Shown: positions 19,942 through 29,136 of the stretch, piece by piece | Layout of the letters: each line of letters opens with the position of its first letter | How positions within the stretch are numbered: position 1 is the first letter of the stretch | Source: a virus | Direction: 5' to 3' (one strand) | Virus record (IMG/VR): IMGVR_UViG_3300020469_000010 | DNA: 64,000 nucleotides | Position numbers and translations under genes: made by a program | Notes under the pieces: model-generated | What the model was told of the DNA's origin: nothing | The model's input: the letters and a program-made list of their open reading frames with translations, nothing else | Databases searched by the model: none

Positions 19942-21186
19942 TTGACCATCACTCTTCGACCCCACCAGTTTCGTGCAGTTGAAGCAATGCAAGAGAATAA
20001 TCTTGGTCAAATTATTGTTCCTACTGGTGGTGGCAAAACTATCTGCATGATTCAAGATACTATTCATCAGCAGGCAATTCCTACTGGAACTACTACTGTC
20101 GTTGTTGCTCCTCGTATTCTTCTTGCAGAGCAACTTTGTAGTGAGTTTCTTGAGTTGGTTAATACTAACTATACTCATATTCTTCATATTCATAGTGGAG
20201 AGACTTCACATTTCTCTACAACAAAACCAGAAAAAATCAATTTATTTGTAAATACTGCTAGGACTGCTGGTGAAAATGTAATTATCTTTACCACCTATCA
20301 TTCCTTACATCGTTTGCAGGAAGCAGATGTTGAGGTCAATACAATTTATTTTGATGAAGCGCATAATTCTGTGCAGAGAAACTTTTTCCCTGCTACAGAA
20401 TACTTTGCTTCTAATTCTGATCGTAGCTATTTTTTCACTGCTACTCCTAAGCACAGTGCTACCATTTTTAAACCTGGTATGAATGATACCGAAGTTTATG
20501 GTCAGGTAATTTGTCAAGTTCCTGCACCTGAACTGGTGAACAACGGTTTCATTATTCCTCCCAAAGTTGTTGTCAATCACTTGGACAATGCTTCTCTTTA
20601 TCCTGATGTTCCTGCACGGGATTCTGTTCATCTAATCAATACCATTGAAGAGACTGGTGCTGACAAAGCACTGATCTGCTCTAAGTCTACTAAAAACATT
20701 ATCAATCTGATTGGTCAGTCTGACTTTACTTTTCAGTTGGAATTGCGTGGATATTCTTACATGTATATCACTGCTAAGACTGGTGCTGTGATTGATGGTA
20801 AGAAAGTCAATCGAGAGGTCTTTTTTGATACTTTGAGTGCATGGGGTCGTGATGATGAGAAGAAGTTTGTTGTACTCCACCACAGCATTCTTTCTGAGGG
20901 TATCAATGTTTCTGGTCTTAATGCTGTTATTTTTATGAGATCCATGGATTACATTGGTATCAGTCAAACCATCGGTCGTGTGATTCGTTTACACAAAGAT
21001 GATGCAAAAGGTCTTCGTAATGGTACAATTATTCCAGGTCAACTAAATCAATACACAAAGTCTTATGGTTTAGTTTGCATCCCTACCTTCAATAGTTCAG
21101 GTATCAGCACTGCTAAAAAAGTTCAAGCAGTTGTTGATATTGTCTTTGAGAAAGGTGATGCTGCTGTTTCTGTAGTAAAGAAGTGA
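19942..21186 (+). CDS. SF2 DEAD/DEAH-like helicase (ResIII-like)
   Basis: LRPHQ, PTGGGKT (Walker A), DEAH, TAT, LSEGIN, QTIGRVIR; TTG start. Confidence 0.9.
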   Translation: MTITLRPHQFRAVEAMQENNLGQIIVPTGGGKTICMIQDTIHQQAIPTGTTTVVVAPRILLAEQLCSEFLELVNTNYTHILHIHSGETSHFSTTKPEKINLFVNTARTAGENVIIFTTYHSLHRLQEADVEVNTIYFDEAHNSVQRNFFPATEYFASNSDRSYFFTATPKHSATIFKPGMNDTEVYGQVICQVPAPELVNNGFIIPPKVVVNHLDNASLYPDVPARDSVHLINTIEETGADKALICSKSTKNIINLIGQSDFTFQLELRGYSYMYITAKTGAVIDGKKVNREVFFDTLSAWGRDDEKKFVVLHHSILSEGINVSGLNAVIFMRSMDYIGISQTIGRVIRLHKDDAKGLRNGTIIPGQLNQYTKSYGLVCIPTFNSSGISTAKKVQAVVDIVFEKGDAAVSVVKK

Positions 21187-21190
21187 TAAC

Positions 21191-21406
21191 ATGAAGTATA
21201 AATATACAAACTCATCAGTTCTAGATCCCAACTTTCGTGATCAATACTGCTCAGATGATGGAAATTTTGTAGTAATTCCATTAGCAGGAAAGAAAGTAAG
21301 ATATTCAATTATCTTAAAGGGAACACCAACGGGAAAAATTTATCGCAAATTTGACACTGCGATGAAAGATGTGGTAAAATTACAAAAAAGACAAAAAAGG
21401 AAGTAA
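21191..21406 (+). CDS. hypothetical protein
   Basis: 71-aa ORF tightly packed between its neighbours. Confidence 0.65.
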   Translation: MKYKYTNSSVLDPNFRDQYCSDDGNFVVIPLAGKKVRYSIILKGTPTGKIYRKFDTAMKDVVKLQKRQKRK

Positions 21407-21408
21407 TC

Positions 21409-22083
21409 ATGAGTGTTGATTATTCAATTTATTTTGGTGAAAATGAGGATAGCAATCCTGGTAATGAAGATTATATAATTCCTATATTTTCAGTTCCTTT
21501 ATTTCACTATAAAGTAGAAAATTGGCCAGAGAAAAAAGAAAAATTGATGGAATTATATAATAAAAGATTAGAAAGTAACATGTTAAAAAGAACTGGAGGT
21601 ATGAATGATGTAGAAACTGATTATCATGCTAATTTTGATAATGAATATAATTATTCGGATGATATCACTGACATCTTTGAAAGTGAATTAGTAGATTTTG
21701 CTGATGCTTCAGACTTGGCAATTTCTGTAAACTCTACATGGTTTGAAAGATCATCTAAAAATAGTTTACATTCATGTCATAATCATGGACCAATAGGATA
21801 TAGTGCAGTTTGCTTCATTCAATTTGATCCTAAATATCATACACCAACGGTGTTTATGAATCCAGTAACTGCTGCTGTTTCACCATGTAGTTTGATGCCA
21901 CCAGGAATAAGAGAAGGATCTTTAATTTTATTTCCATCATATCTTTTACATTTTACAAATTCTAATGAAAGTGATGTGGATAGAATTATATTATCATTTA
22001 ACTTAGAATCTGAAGAGGAAAGTCAAAAATTTTCTGATGATGATGATGCACATGACGGTGAATACTACTCAAAATCCTGCTAA
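21409..22083 (+). CDS. 2OG-Fe(II) oxygenase-like (TIGR02466 type)
   Basis: HSCHNHG, LILFPSYLLH, RIILSFN. Confidence 0.8.
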   Translation: MSVDYSIYFGENEDSNPGNEDYIIPIFSVPLFHYKVENWPEKKEKLMELYNKRLESNMLKRTGGMNDVETDYHANFDNEYNYSDDITDIFESELVDFADASDLAISVNSTWFERSSKNSLHSCHNHGPIGYSAVCFIQFDPKYHTPTVFMNPVTAAVSPCSLMPPGIREGSLILFPSYLLHFTNSNESDVDRIILSFNLESEEESQKFSDDDDAHDGEYYSKSC

Positions 22084-22639
22084 AGTTTTTATTCTTCGTA
22101 ATTTTTTATTTGAAGATGATGTAAAAGAACTTAATCAGTGGACACTTAGGAACAACCATTTGCATTATTTTAAAGATGCTTGTATGGATCCTGATAATCA
22201 TGGGACGAGATTTACAACTCGACGTTGTAATGAAGAAATAGCAGGAGACATAGACTATCCAAAGTCTGCATATGTTATACAAAAAAGAATAATCAATTAT
22301 TTTCACCTAGAAGGATATAAAAGTCCACCATCATATAGTCATGGAATTGTAACTGGAATTGGATACGATGGTGGAAGAATAGAGAATCACATTGATCCTA
22401 CATACTATCCAGATACAAAAACAGTTCACTTCAATGCTATCACACAACAAGCAGAAGAGGGTGGACATACCATCATTGATGGTGTAGAATATAAAAATGT
22501 AAATCCTACGGATCTTTTAATCTATCAAGTATCTGAACTTCATCATGAAGTAACATCAACTAAAGGAAATACTCCTAGAATACTTTGGGTTTTTGGTTTT
22601 TGCCTTGACAACGAAAAAATAGAGGAAATTTTTTTATGA
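22052..22639 (+). CDS. 2OG-Fe(II) oxygenase
   Basis: HID, GG, HEVT, RILWVFG; start codon uncertain (22037-22052). Confidence 0.8.
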   Translation: MTVNTTQNPAKVFILRNFLFEDDVKELNQWTLRNNHLHYFKDACMDPDNHGTRFTTRRCNEEIAGDIDYPKSAYVIQKRIINYFHLEGYKSPPSYSHGIVTGIGYDGGRIENHIDPTYYPDTKTVHFNAITQQAEEGGHTIIDGVEYKNVNPTDLLIYQVSELHHEVTSTKGNTPRILWVFGFCLDNEKIEEIFL

Positions 22640-23361
22640 CAGTAGAATTGTTTGAACTTAATGACCTATCTAATATGAAAGTCATTAAATTTAATGATGG
22701 AGATAGTGTATCAAATATTTACTGGATGGATAATTTTTACAAAGATCCAGATGGTGTATTTGATTATATTCAATCTGAAGAACCACCCCTATGGAAATAT
22801 GGAGATGAGTGGAAAGAATTCATGGAGACTTCATTGAACACCAAAACTTTTGAAGACAGACGACATATGAGAAAAACACCATATTTAAAAAAGGTGTATA
22901 AAGCATTGTCAAAGTTTACTGGTCAGGATGCAATGGATTATGATCTTGTCACAAACTACACTAGATTTAGTAGAGTAAAAGAAAATCCATATAAAACACA
23001 TTATTGGTGGCCTCATCATGACGCAGGATATAATGGTATTTGCTATCTGACAAAAAATGAAGAAATTGGAACCAATTTATACAAACCATTAATTACCGAT
23101 AATCCAGAAATTTTACCTCTAGATGAAAATGATTCTTATAGAAATGAACATGGAATACCATGGACACCTAAAAAATTGTGGGATATTGTAGTCAGATTAC
23201 GTTCAAAATATAATAGATTTGTTATGTTTGAAGGATCTATGTACTATCATAGCATGGACTTGACTGGTAAATATTATTTTGCTGATCATTATAGTAATGC
23301 TGATTATCGTATCAATCAAGTATTCTTTTTTAGAAATGAATCATCTCCATATTCAGACTGA
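22636..23361 (+). CDS. 2OG-Fe(II) oxygenase-like
   Basis: PHHD, YNRFVMFEG..YYHS, RINQVFF. Confidence 0.75.
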   Translation: MTVELFELNDLSNMKVIKFNDGDSVSNIYWMDNFYKDPDGVFDYIQSEEPPLWKYGDEWKEFMETSLNTKTFEDRRHMRKTPYLKKVYKALSKFTGQDAMDYDLVTNYTRFSRVKENPYKTHYWWPHHDAGYNGICYLTKNEEIGTNLYKPLITDNPEILPLDENDSYRNEHGIPWTPKKLWDIVVRLRSKYNRFVMFEGSMYYHSMDLTGKYYFADHYSNADYRINQVFFFRNESSPYSD

Positions 23362-23367
23362 AGTATA

Positions 23368-24063
23368 ATGCACAAACATAAGATAAATCGCACTTACTAT
23401 GAGGACACTCATGAAGATAATAATCAAGAAAATGATTCAAATCATATAGAGATTCATGATGTACAATCTGAACAAATTTTTTCAACTCCAATTTGGAGTA
23501 TGGAAATTGATACTGATAATGATGCAATACTTGAAGAATGTTATGATTTAGAACGCAAATTTCCTAATGGAGTTCGTAAATCTAATGCAGGAGGGTGGCA
23601 AAGTGATGTATTTGAAATTGAAACTATAAGTCCCTTTATGACTCCTAAAATTCAAATTTTAGCAAGAAATGTAGAAGATATTACTTATGATTTGGTAGAA
23701 GAATTTGCCGGAGGAAAGAAAAATCTTTCTGCTAATGTTGGTAAAGATCAAATAGGATGGTGGATTAACATTAACAGAGGATATTCATATAATGTTTATC
23801 ACACCCATCCGGGATGTGCATTGATTGCATTATATTATGCAAAAATCCCAAATAATAAAGACGAAAGAGAAGGTAATTTAGTTCTCTTAAGACAAGATTC
23901 AATGAATCATAATAATGTATTTGCTAACATAGGAGAACTATGTGAGGCTAATATCATACCACAAGAAAAACATTTGTATATAATGCCTTCAGTTGTAGCA
24001 CATTATGTCACTGCACATACTTGCAATGAAGATAGAATTTCTATTGCATTTAATATTGGATAA
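23368..24063 (+). CDS. 2OG-Fe(II) oxygenase-like (TIGR02466 type)
   Basis: SNAGGWQS, WININ, HTHPG, PSVVAHYV, RISIAFN. Confidence 0.85.
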   Translation: MHKHKINRTYYEDTHEDNNQENDSNHIEIHDVQSEQIFSTPIWSMEIDTDNDAILEECYDLERKFPNGVRKSNAGGWQSDVFEIETISPFMTPKIQILARNVEDITYDLVEEFAGGKKNLSANVGKDQIGWWININRGYSYNVYHTHPGCALIALYYAKIPNNKDEREGNLVLLRQDSMNHNNVFANIGELCEANIIPQEKHLYIMPSVVAHYVTAHTCNEDRISIAFNIG

Positions 24064-24066
24064 ATA
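24059..24066 (+). promoter_or_regulatory. late promoter (NATAAATA)
   Basis: GATAAATA about 35 nt before the fibre gene ATG. Confidence 0.55.
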
Positions 24067-24099
24067 GAATGATACTGAAATTTTTTGGTAGGTAAATAT

Positions 24100-24627
24100 A
24101 TGTCAATTCTACAGGCCAGTGGCATACAATTTGGAGATAATACAGTTTTAAATTCCAAGTATGGAATTATTCCTCAGGGAAGCAGTATGGTATTCTATAA
24201 ATCTTCTGCTCCAAGTGGATGGACAAAATCTACAGCACATAATAATAAAGCATTAAGAGTTGTATCTGGATCTGGTGGTGGATTTGGTTCTGGTGGAACT
24301 TCTGGACCGGGAGGATCTTCCTTCACTTCTATCATGGCAAGTAGAAGTGTTTCTGGATCAGTAACTTCGGGTGGTGCTGTTGGTAATCATACATTAACAT
24401 TGCAGCAAATTCCATCACATAGTCATAATGCAGGTTCTAGTGTAACTGTTAGTCCAGGTAGTCCTGGTACACAAGGTCGTGCTGTTAATAGTCAAGCACC
24501 TAATACAGGTAGTGCTGGAGGAGGTTCATCTCATAATCACCCATTTAGTGGTGGTACTTCTCCTGTTTCTGGTAGTGTTGATTTGAGAGTTCAATATATT
24601 GATGTTATTGTTTGTAGTTTTAACTGA
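24100..24627 (+). CDS. short tail-fibre/collar-domain protein with HxH motifs
   Basis: APSGWTK..NNKALRVVSG, HTLTLQQIPSHSH, GGGSSHNHPF, VQYIDVIVC; ATG at 24100. Confidence 0.85.
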   Translation: MSILQASGIQFGDNTVLNSKYGIIPQGSSMVFYKSSAPSGWTKSTAHNNKALRVVSGSGGGFGSGGTSGPGGSSFTSIMASRSVSGSVTSGGAVGNHTLTLQQIPSHSHNAGSSVTVSPGSPGTQGRAVNSQAPNTGSAGGGSSHNHPFSGGTSPVSGSVDLRVQYIDVIVCSFN

Positions 24628-24636
24628 GGACAATAA

Positions 24637-25923
24637 ATGGCAATTTTACAAACCGATGGCCTACAGTTTGGAAATGGTGGTGTAATTGAGACAAAATATT
24701 TTTTAGTCCCACAAACAACTCAGATGTTGTTTTATCAAGCATCTGCACCAACTGGATGGACTAAAAAAACAACACACAATAATAAAGCATTAAGAGTTGT
24801 ATCTGGAACTGGTGCAGGTAGTGGTGGTACTAGTAGTTTTACAAGTATATTCAAGTCCAGTAATACTGTATCAATGTCAGGATCTCATAGTGGATCTGTT
24901 GGCAATACAACATTATCTTTACAACAACTTCCATCACATAGTCATGGTGTTGGAAGTCCATTCAGCGCAGTCAGTTCTGCCGGTACTTCTCCATTCAGAC
25001 AACCACGAAGACAACCTAGATCATACTCTTTCAGGGCTGAATATAGACAACCAAGAAACTTTCGAGCTTCAGTTGCTTTCAGACGACCAATTCAGTTTAG
25101 ACAACCAAGAAATAGTCAAGTTGCAATTAGGCAAAGAAGAGACGTCAGATTTAGAAATGAACTTGAAATAAGATCAAGAAATCCGTTTAGATATAGAAGT
25201 CCATACAGACAACCAAGATCTTATAATACAACTGTATCAGTAAGATACAGGCAACCATTTAATAATAGAGTTGATTCTGGTAGAAATAGAAGTCCATCTA
25301 GACAAAGACGTTCTGTCAATTTTACAGTCAATCAAAGAAGGGAAGATAGGGGAAGAAGACGAGATCTAAAACGCAGAAGAAATCAGAGAAGAAGAACTGA
25401 TGTTCGTTTTAGATTGTCAGCTCGAGTAAGAGTTAATCAACGAAGAAGAAGCAACTTCAGACAAAGAAGACAGACTACTACTAACCAACCGGCAAGACAG
25501 AGAAGAGATGCTCGGCAGCCGAGAAGTTATAGTAATCAGGCTGATGTGAGACAAAGAAGATCTGACAGACAAAGAAGAGATGTCCCACAGCGTGCTAGGT
25601 ATCAAGGAAGGTTAAGAGTTGAAATTAGACAACCACGCAGATATCAAGCCTTTGTAGAATTTAGACAAAGTGCTGCTTATAGGCAACCAAGAACTTTCAG
25701 ACTAGCAAGAAGATACCCAGCAACAAATAATAATAGAGCAAATCAAAGAATATTGACACCCGGTGGAACTATTAGAGGAGTTAATACTCAAGGACCTGCA
25801 ACTTCGTCGGCTGGTGGAGGTTCATCTCATAATCATCCGTTTAATGGACAATCTTTCTCAACATCTTTAGGTCTTGATATAAGATTACAGTATATTGATG
25901 TTATTATGTGCTCTTTTAACTAG
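24637..25923 (+). CDS. paralogous short fibre with a ~250-aa arginine-rich insertion
   Basis: Both ends align with 24100..24627; the insertion at 24997..25749 lies between the SHSH and HNH motifs. Confidence 0.85.
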   Translation: MAILQTDGLQFGNGGVIETKYFLVPQTTQMLFYQASAPTGWTKKTTHNNKALRVVSGTGAGSGGTSSFTSIFKSSNTVSMSGSHSGSVGNTTLSLQQLPSHSHGVGSPFSAVSSAGTSPFRQPRRQPRSYSFRAEYRQPRNFRASVAFRRPIQFRQPRNSQVAIRQRRDVRFRNELEIRSRNPFRYRSPYRQPRSYNTTVSVRYRQPFNNRVDSGRNRSPSRQRRSVNFTVNQRREDRGRRRDLKRRRNQRRRTDVRFRLSARVRVNQRRRSNFRQRRQTTTNQPARQRRDARQPRSYSNQADVRQRRSDRQRRDVPQRARYQGRLRVEIRQPRRYQAFVEFRQSAAYRQPRTFRLARRYPATNNNRANQRILTPGGTIRGVNTQGPATSSAGGGSSHNHPFNGQSFSTSLGLDIRLQYIDVIMCSFN

Positions 25924-25973
25924 ACAAATTGTACATATTCTGATAGACTAAATAAGACAAAGAATTTTTTAGT

Positions 25974-26357
25974 ATGAGTGATGCGTTTGGAAAATGGTGT
26001 CCCTTAATAAGAAAAAACTGTATTGAACATAAGTGTGCTTGGTATATGCGTATTGCTGGACTAGATCCTAATACTGGTCAAGAAATTGATCATTGGGGAT
26101 GTGCAATAAGTTGGATGCCAACTTTACTTATTGAAAACTCACAACAACAGAGGCAAACTGGTGCTGCTGTTGAGTCTTTCCGTAATGAAATGGTCAATGC
26201 AAATGAAAGTAATCAACAAATGTTAGATGCTGTTGGTAACATGTATCTTGATATGTGCGAGCAACAGGGTGTCAATGTTGATCAATATATAGAACCTTTA
26301 GAAGGCATAGATAATAACGAAGAAAACATTTTACCACCTGAAGAGGAAAGACCATGA
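25974..26357 (+). CDS. Cys-rich fibre-associated protein
   Basis: CPLIRKNCIEHKCAW...WGCAISW..LLIENSQQQRQTGAAVESFRNEMV. Confidence 0.75.
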   Translation: MSDAFGKWCPLIRKNCIEHKCAWYMRIAGLDPNTGQEIDHWGCAISWMPTLLIENSQQQRQTGAAVESFRNEMVNANESNQQMLDAVGNMYLDMCEQQGVNVDQYIEPLEGIDNNEENILPPEEERP

Positions 26358-27691
26358 AAATTTCTATTATTCCACAAGATAATCGTATTGTAGTTGATGG
26401 AAAAACTGTAGATCTTGATGATAATGATATTAGGTGGGAATTTGAAGATGAGCATATTCATGCTATTCAGTGGAAAGATAGCATGGGTGAAGTTGAATAT
26501 GAAGATGAAATTGGTAAAGATCCTCTTCCCAATAAATCCTTTGGTCAGGATGAATTTGATACCATTGTTCAACCATACTTGTCTTTCTTTGAAAAATTTC
26601 TAACTGTTACAGAGCAAAATGAACTTGAGGCTATATTAGAAGAAGAAGAGAGATTAGCAAATGATATAAAAGAATCAGATCTTAATAAGATGCAAGAAGA
26701 AGAAAATATTTTAATGATAGAAGATCTTCAGTTACAAAATAAAGAAGTTAGACAAAATTATATGCAAATTGCTGCCGAATTAGGTGATGTTCTTGAAGAG
26801 AAAAAAGTAACTGAACAACAACTTAAACTAGAATATGATAAAGAATTGTTTGAAAAAGATCAATTGCTTAAGCAACAAGAACATGCAAAGATAGAGGAGT
26901 TTTTTAAAAAAAAATCGGCCGATTTTCTTGCAAACTTAGAAAAACTTGAAGAAGATTTTAATTCCCAGAAAGAAAATCTTGCCGAAGAAAAAAAACAATT
27001 TAACGACTATATACAAAAATATAGAGATACTTTAGAAAAAGAAAGTGAAGAAATCAATGAACAATTATTAGAAGGCAAAAGAAATGCAGAAAAAGATAAA
27101 ATTTTAAAAGAAAAGTCACAAGCTAATGCTGAAGAGTCAATGTCTATAATGAGGGCAGCAAATGAATTAGAACAGCAAAGTATGGAATTGGCATTTGAAG
27201 AATTGGAGTTAGAAAAAACTCGTTTACGGAATGAAAGAAGATTGGAAATTGAACGAATCAAACTTCTTGAAGATGAACTAGAAAAAGAAAAGGAAAATAT
27301 TGAACTGTCATACATCCAAGAAAGAGAAGAAATACTTAAGTATGATATGAAAGATGATGCAGAACTTACATTCTATCAGTGGCAATTAAAAGATACTGCT
27401 GAACTTGAAGCTGATTATATTAAAAAACAACAAGATAAATTCGACGATTACATTGCTGAGCGGGAAGGAACCTATAGAGATATTGAAGAACGCGTTCGTC
27501 TTAAAGAAATTGAAGGGAAATCTGAACTTAAAGAAGTTGAAGATGTTTCATCCATCCTTGATGAAATTAATCCAGAGGAATTTTATCAATCTCTTACAGA
27601 TGATCAAAGAGATTCAAATAGTTTTCCGGTAGAAAAAGCAACTGCTTGGTTTAAAAAACTAAAAGAGGTAATGGAAAAGAATGAATCTTGA
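26354..27691 (+). CDS. fibre-assembly-chaperone-like N-terminal domain fused to a long acidic coiled coil
   Basis: MKISIIPQD..IVVDG..IHAIQW..GEVEY, then ~350 aa of E/K/L/Q-rich helix. Confidence 0.7.
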   Translation: MKISIIPQDNRIVVDGKTVDLDDNDIRWEFEDEHIHAIQWKDSMGEVEYEDEIGKDPLPNKSFGQDEFDTIVQPYLSFFEKFLTVTEQNELEAILEEEERLANDIKESDLNKMQEEENILMIEDLQLQNKEVRQNYMQIAAELGDVLEEKKVTEQQLKLEYDKELFEKDQLLKQQEHAKIEEFFKKKSADFLANLEKLEEDFNSQKENLAEEKKQFNDYIQKYRDTLEKESEEINEQLLEGKRNAEKDKILKEKSQANAEESMSIMRAANELEQQSMELAFEELELEKTRLRNERRLEIERIKLLEDELEKEKENIELSYIQEREEILKYDMKDDAELTFYQWQLKDTAELEADYIKKQQDKFDDYIAEREGTYRDIEERVRLKEIEGKSELKEVEDVSSILDEINPEEFYQSLTDDQRDSNSFPVEKATAWFKKLKEVMEKNES

Positions 27692-29135
27692 TTTGTTGAG
27701 GAACAACTATTTGGTTGTTCCAAATTTTATTACCAAAAAAGAAGCATTAAAATTAAAGACGGAATTTGAATTAACAGATGAAGTTTTTGAATTTTCCGGT
27801 GATGAACAGGCACCTAATTCATCATCAATATATAATTATCTTCCTGCGTTAGAACTTTTAGCAAATAAAACATCACATGTATCTGAAATTATAGGTGAAA
27901 CTGTTTTACCAACTTATGTTTACTCCAGAATTTATCATAATGGGAGTGAATTAGTAAAACATACAGATCGTCCAGCATGTGAAATATCTTTAACTCTACA
28001 TCTTGGTGGAGATAAACCTTGGGCAATTTGGATAAAAACACCTAATAATAAAAATAAGTGTGTAAATTTGAATCCAGGTGATGCTATGCTATACTTGGGT
28101 TGCATTGCTCCACATTGGAGAGATACTTTTGAGGGAGATAATTATACACAGTTTTTCTTACATTATGTTAGGAGTCGTGGATGTTGTAATAGTGTTTATT
28201 TTGATAAACATGATAATGACAGTGATTTACCATCAAACCATAAATTGAATCATTTTTTAGAAAAGGAGTATGAACAAATGGGAAGACTTATTATACCAAG
28301 AAAATGGGAAGAATGTGATGAATTACTAAATGAATTTAATGAAAATAATCTTGAAATAGTTGATTCTGATTCGGAGTCGCAATATATTGATTTTGATGAT
28401 TCAAAATCAAAAATTTTTAGTAAACAAAAAGAACCTAAAATTGAACCCAAGTCAGAAGAATATTTTGATTTTGATGAAGTAGTAATTATCAACAAAAAAT
28501 ATGAGAAGAATTTTGTTGAAACAACTTCTAAAAAAGAGGTAAAAGATGTAAAAGATGCAAAACTTTCAAATAAAAGTTTGCATGAGTTTATACTGCATGT
28601 TGAAAATTGGATTGAACCAGATTTTTGTGATGAATTACTAAATGAATATGCAGATACTAATTTTTGGGAACCAACATTAACTGGTAGTGGATATGATCCA
28701 GGTTCTAGGAAATGTAATGTTATCAATATTTCTGACGAACATATTAAAAATGAAGCAAATACTGAGACTAGAAATGAACTTGACGAGTATCTATTTGAAA
28801 AAGTTTCAAAGTTAATTAACAAATATCAATCTGAGAATGATGATTTCTTGTTAGAAATGCAGGAAGATAGTGGATATGAACTGTTAAAGTATGAAGTTGG
28901 TGATTTTTTCCTTGAACATAGTGATTCTTTCAAAGAAAATCCTAGAGCTTTAACTATAATTTTTGCATTGAATGATAATTATAAAGGTGGTGAAATCGGA
29001 TTTTTCAAAAGAGAGTTAATTTATAGGTTAAATGTTGGAGATGCTATAATTTTTCCAGCTAATTTCATGTATCCACATGAAATTCTTCCAGTTACCGAAG
29101 GAATTAGATTCTCGGTAATTACATGGATTGTTTGA
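27681..29135 (+). CDS. two-domain 2OG-Fe(II) oxygenase (prolyl-4-hydroxylase-like C-terminal domain)
   Basis: HTDRPACEIS..PHWR and EHSD..FPANFMYPHEILPV..RFSVITW. Confidence 0.85.
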   Translation: MNLDLLRNNYLVVPNFITKKEALKLKTEFELTDEVFEFSGDEQAPNSSSIYNYLPALELLANKTSHVSEIIGETVLPTYVYSRIYHNGSELVKHTDRPACEISLTLHLGGDKPWAIWIKTPNNKNKCVNLNPGDAMLYLGCIAPHWRDTFEGDNYTQFFLHYVRSRGCCNSVYFDKHDNDSDLPSNHKLNHFLEKEYEQMGRLIIPRKWEECDELLNEFNENNLEIVDSDSESQYIDFDDSKSKIFSKQKEPKIEPKSEEYFDFDEVVIINKKYEKNFVETTSKKEVKDVKDAKLSNKSLHEFILHVENWIEPDFCDELLNEYADTNFWEPTLTGSGYDPGSRKCNVINISDEHIKNEANTETRNELDEYLFEKVSKLINKYQSENDDFLLEMQEDSGYELLKYEVGDFFLEHSDSFKENPRALTIIFALNDNYKGGEIGFFKRELIYRLNVGDAIIFPANFMYPHEILPVTEGIRFSVITWIV

Positions 29136-29136
29136 T

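Noticed and set aside
19942-21186. Helicase as UvsW or a type III restriction subunit
   Set aside because: Only generic SF2 motifs are visible; no adjacent Mod gene or nuclease domain, so no gene symbol was given
24997-25749. Arg-rich insert as a frameshift artefact, intron or intein
   Set aside because: In frame with conserved fibre sequence on both sides; varied synonymous Arg codons; other frames are closed; no intein splice residues or group I/II features seen
24100-25923. Diversity-generating retroelement (TR/VR pair)
   Set aside because: Paralogue differences are not adenine-specific, and there is no reverse transcriptase in the window
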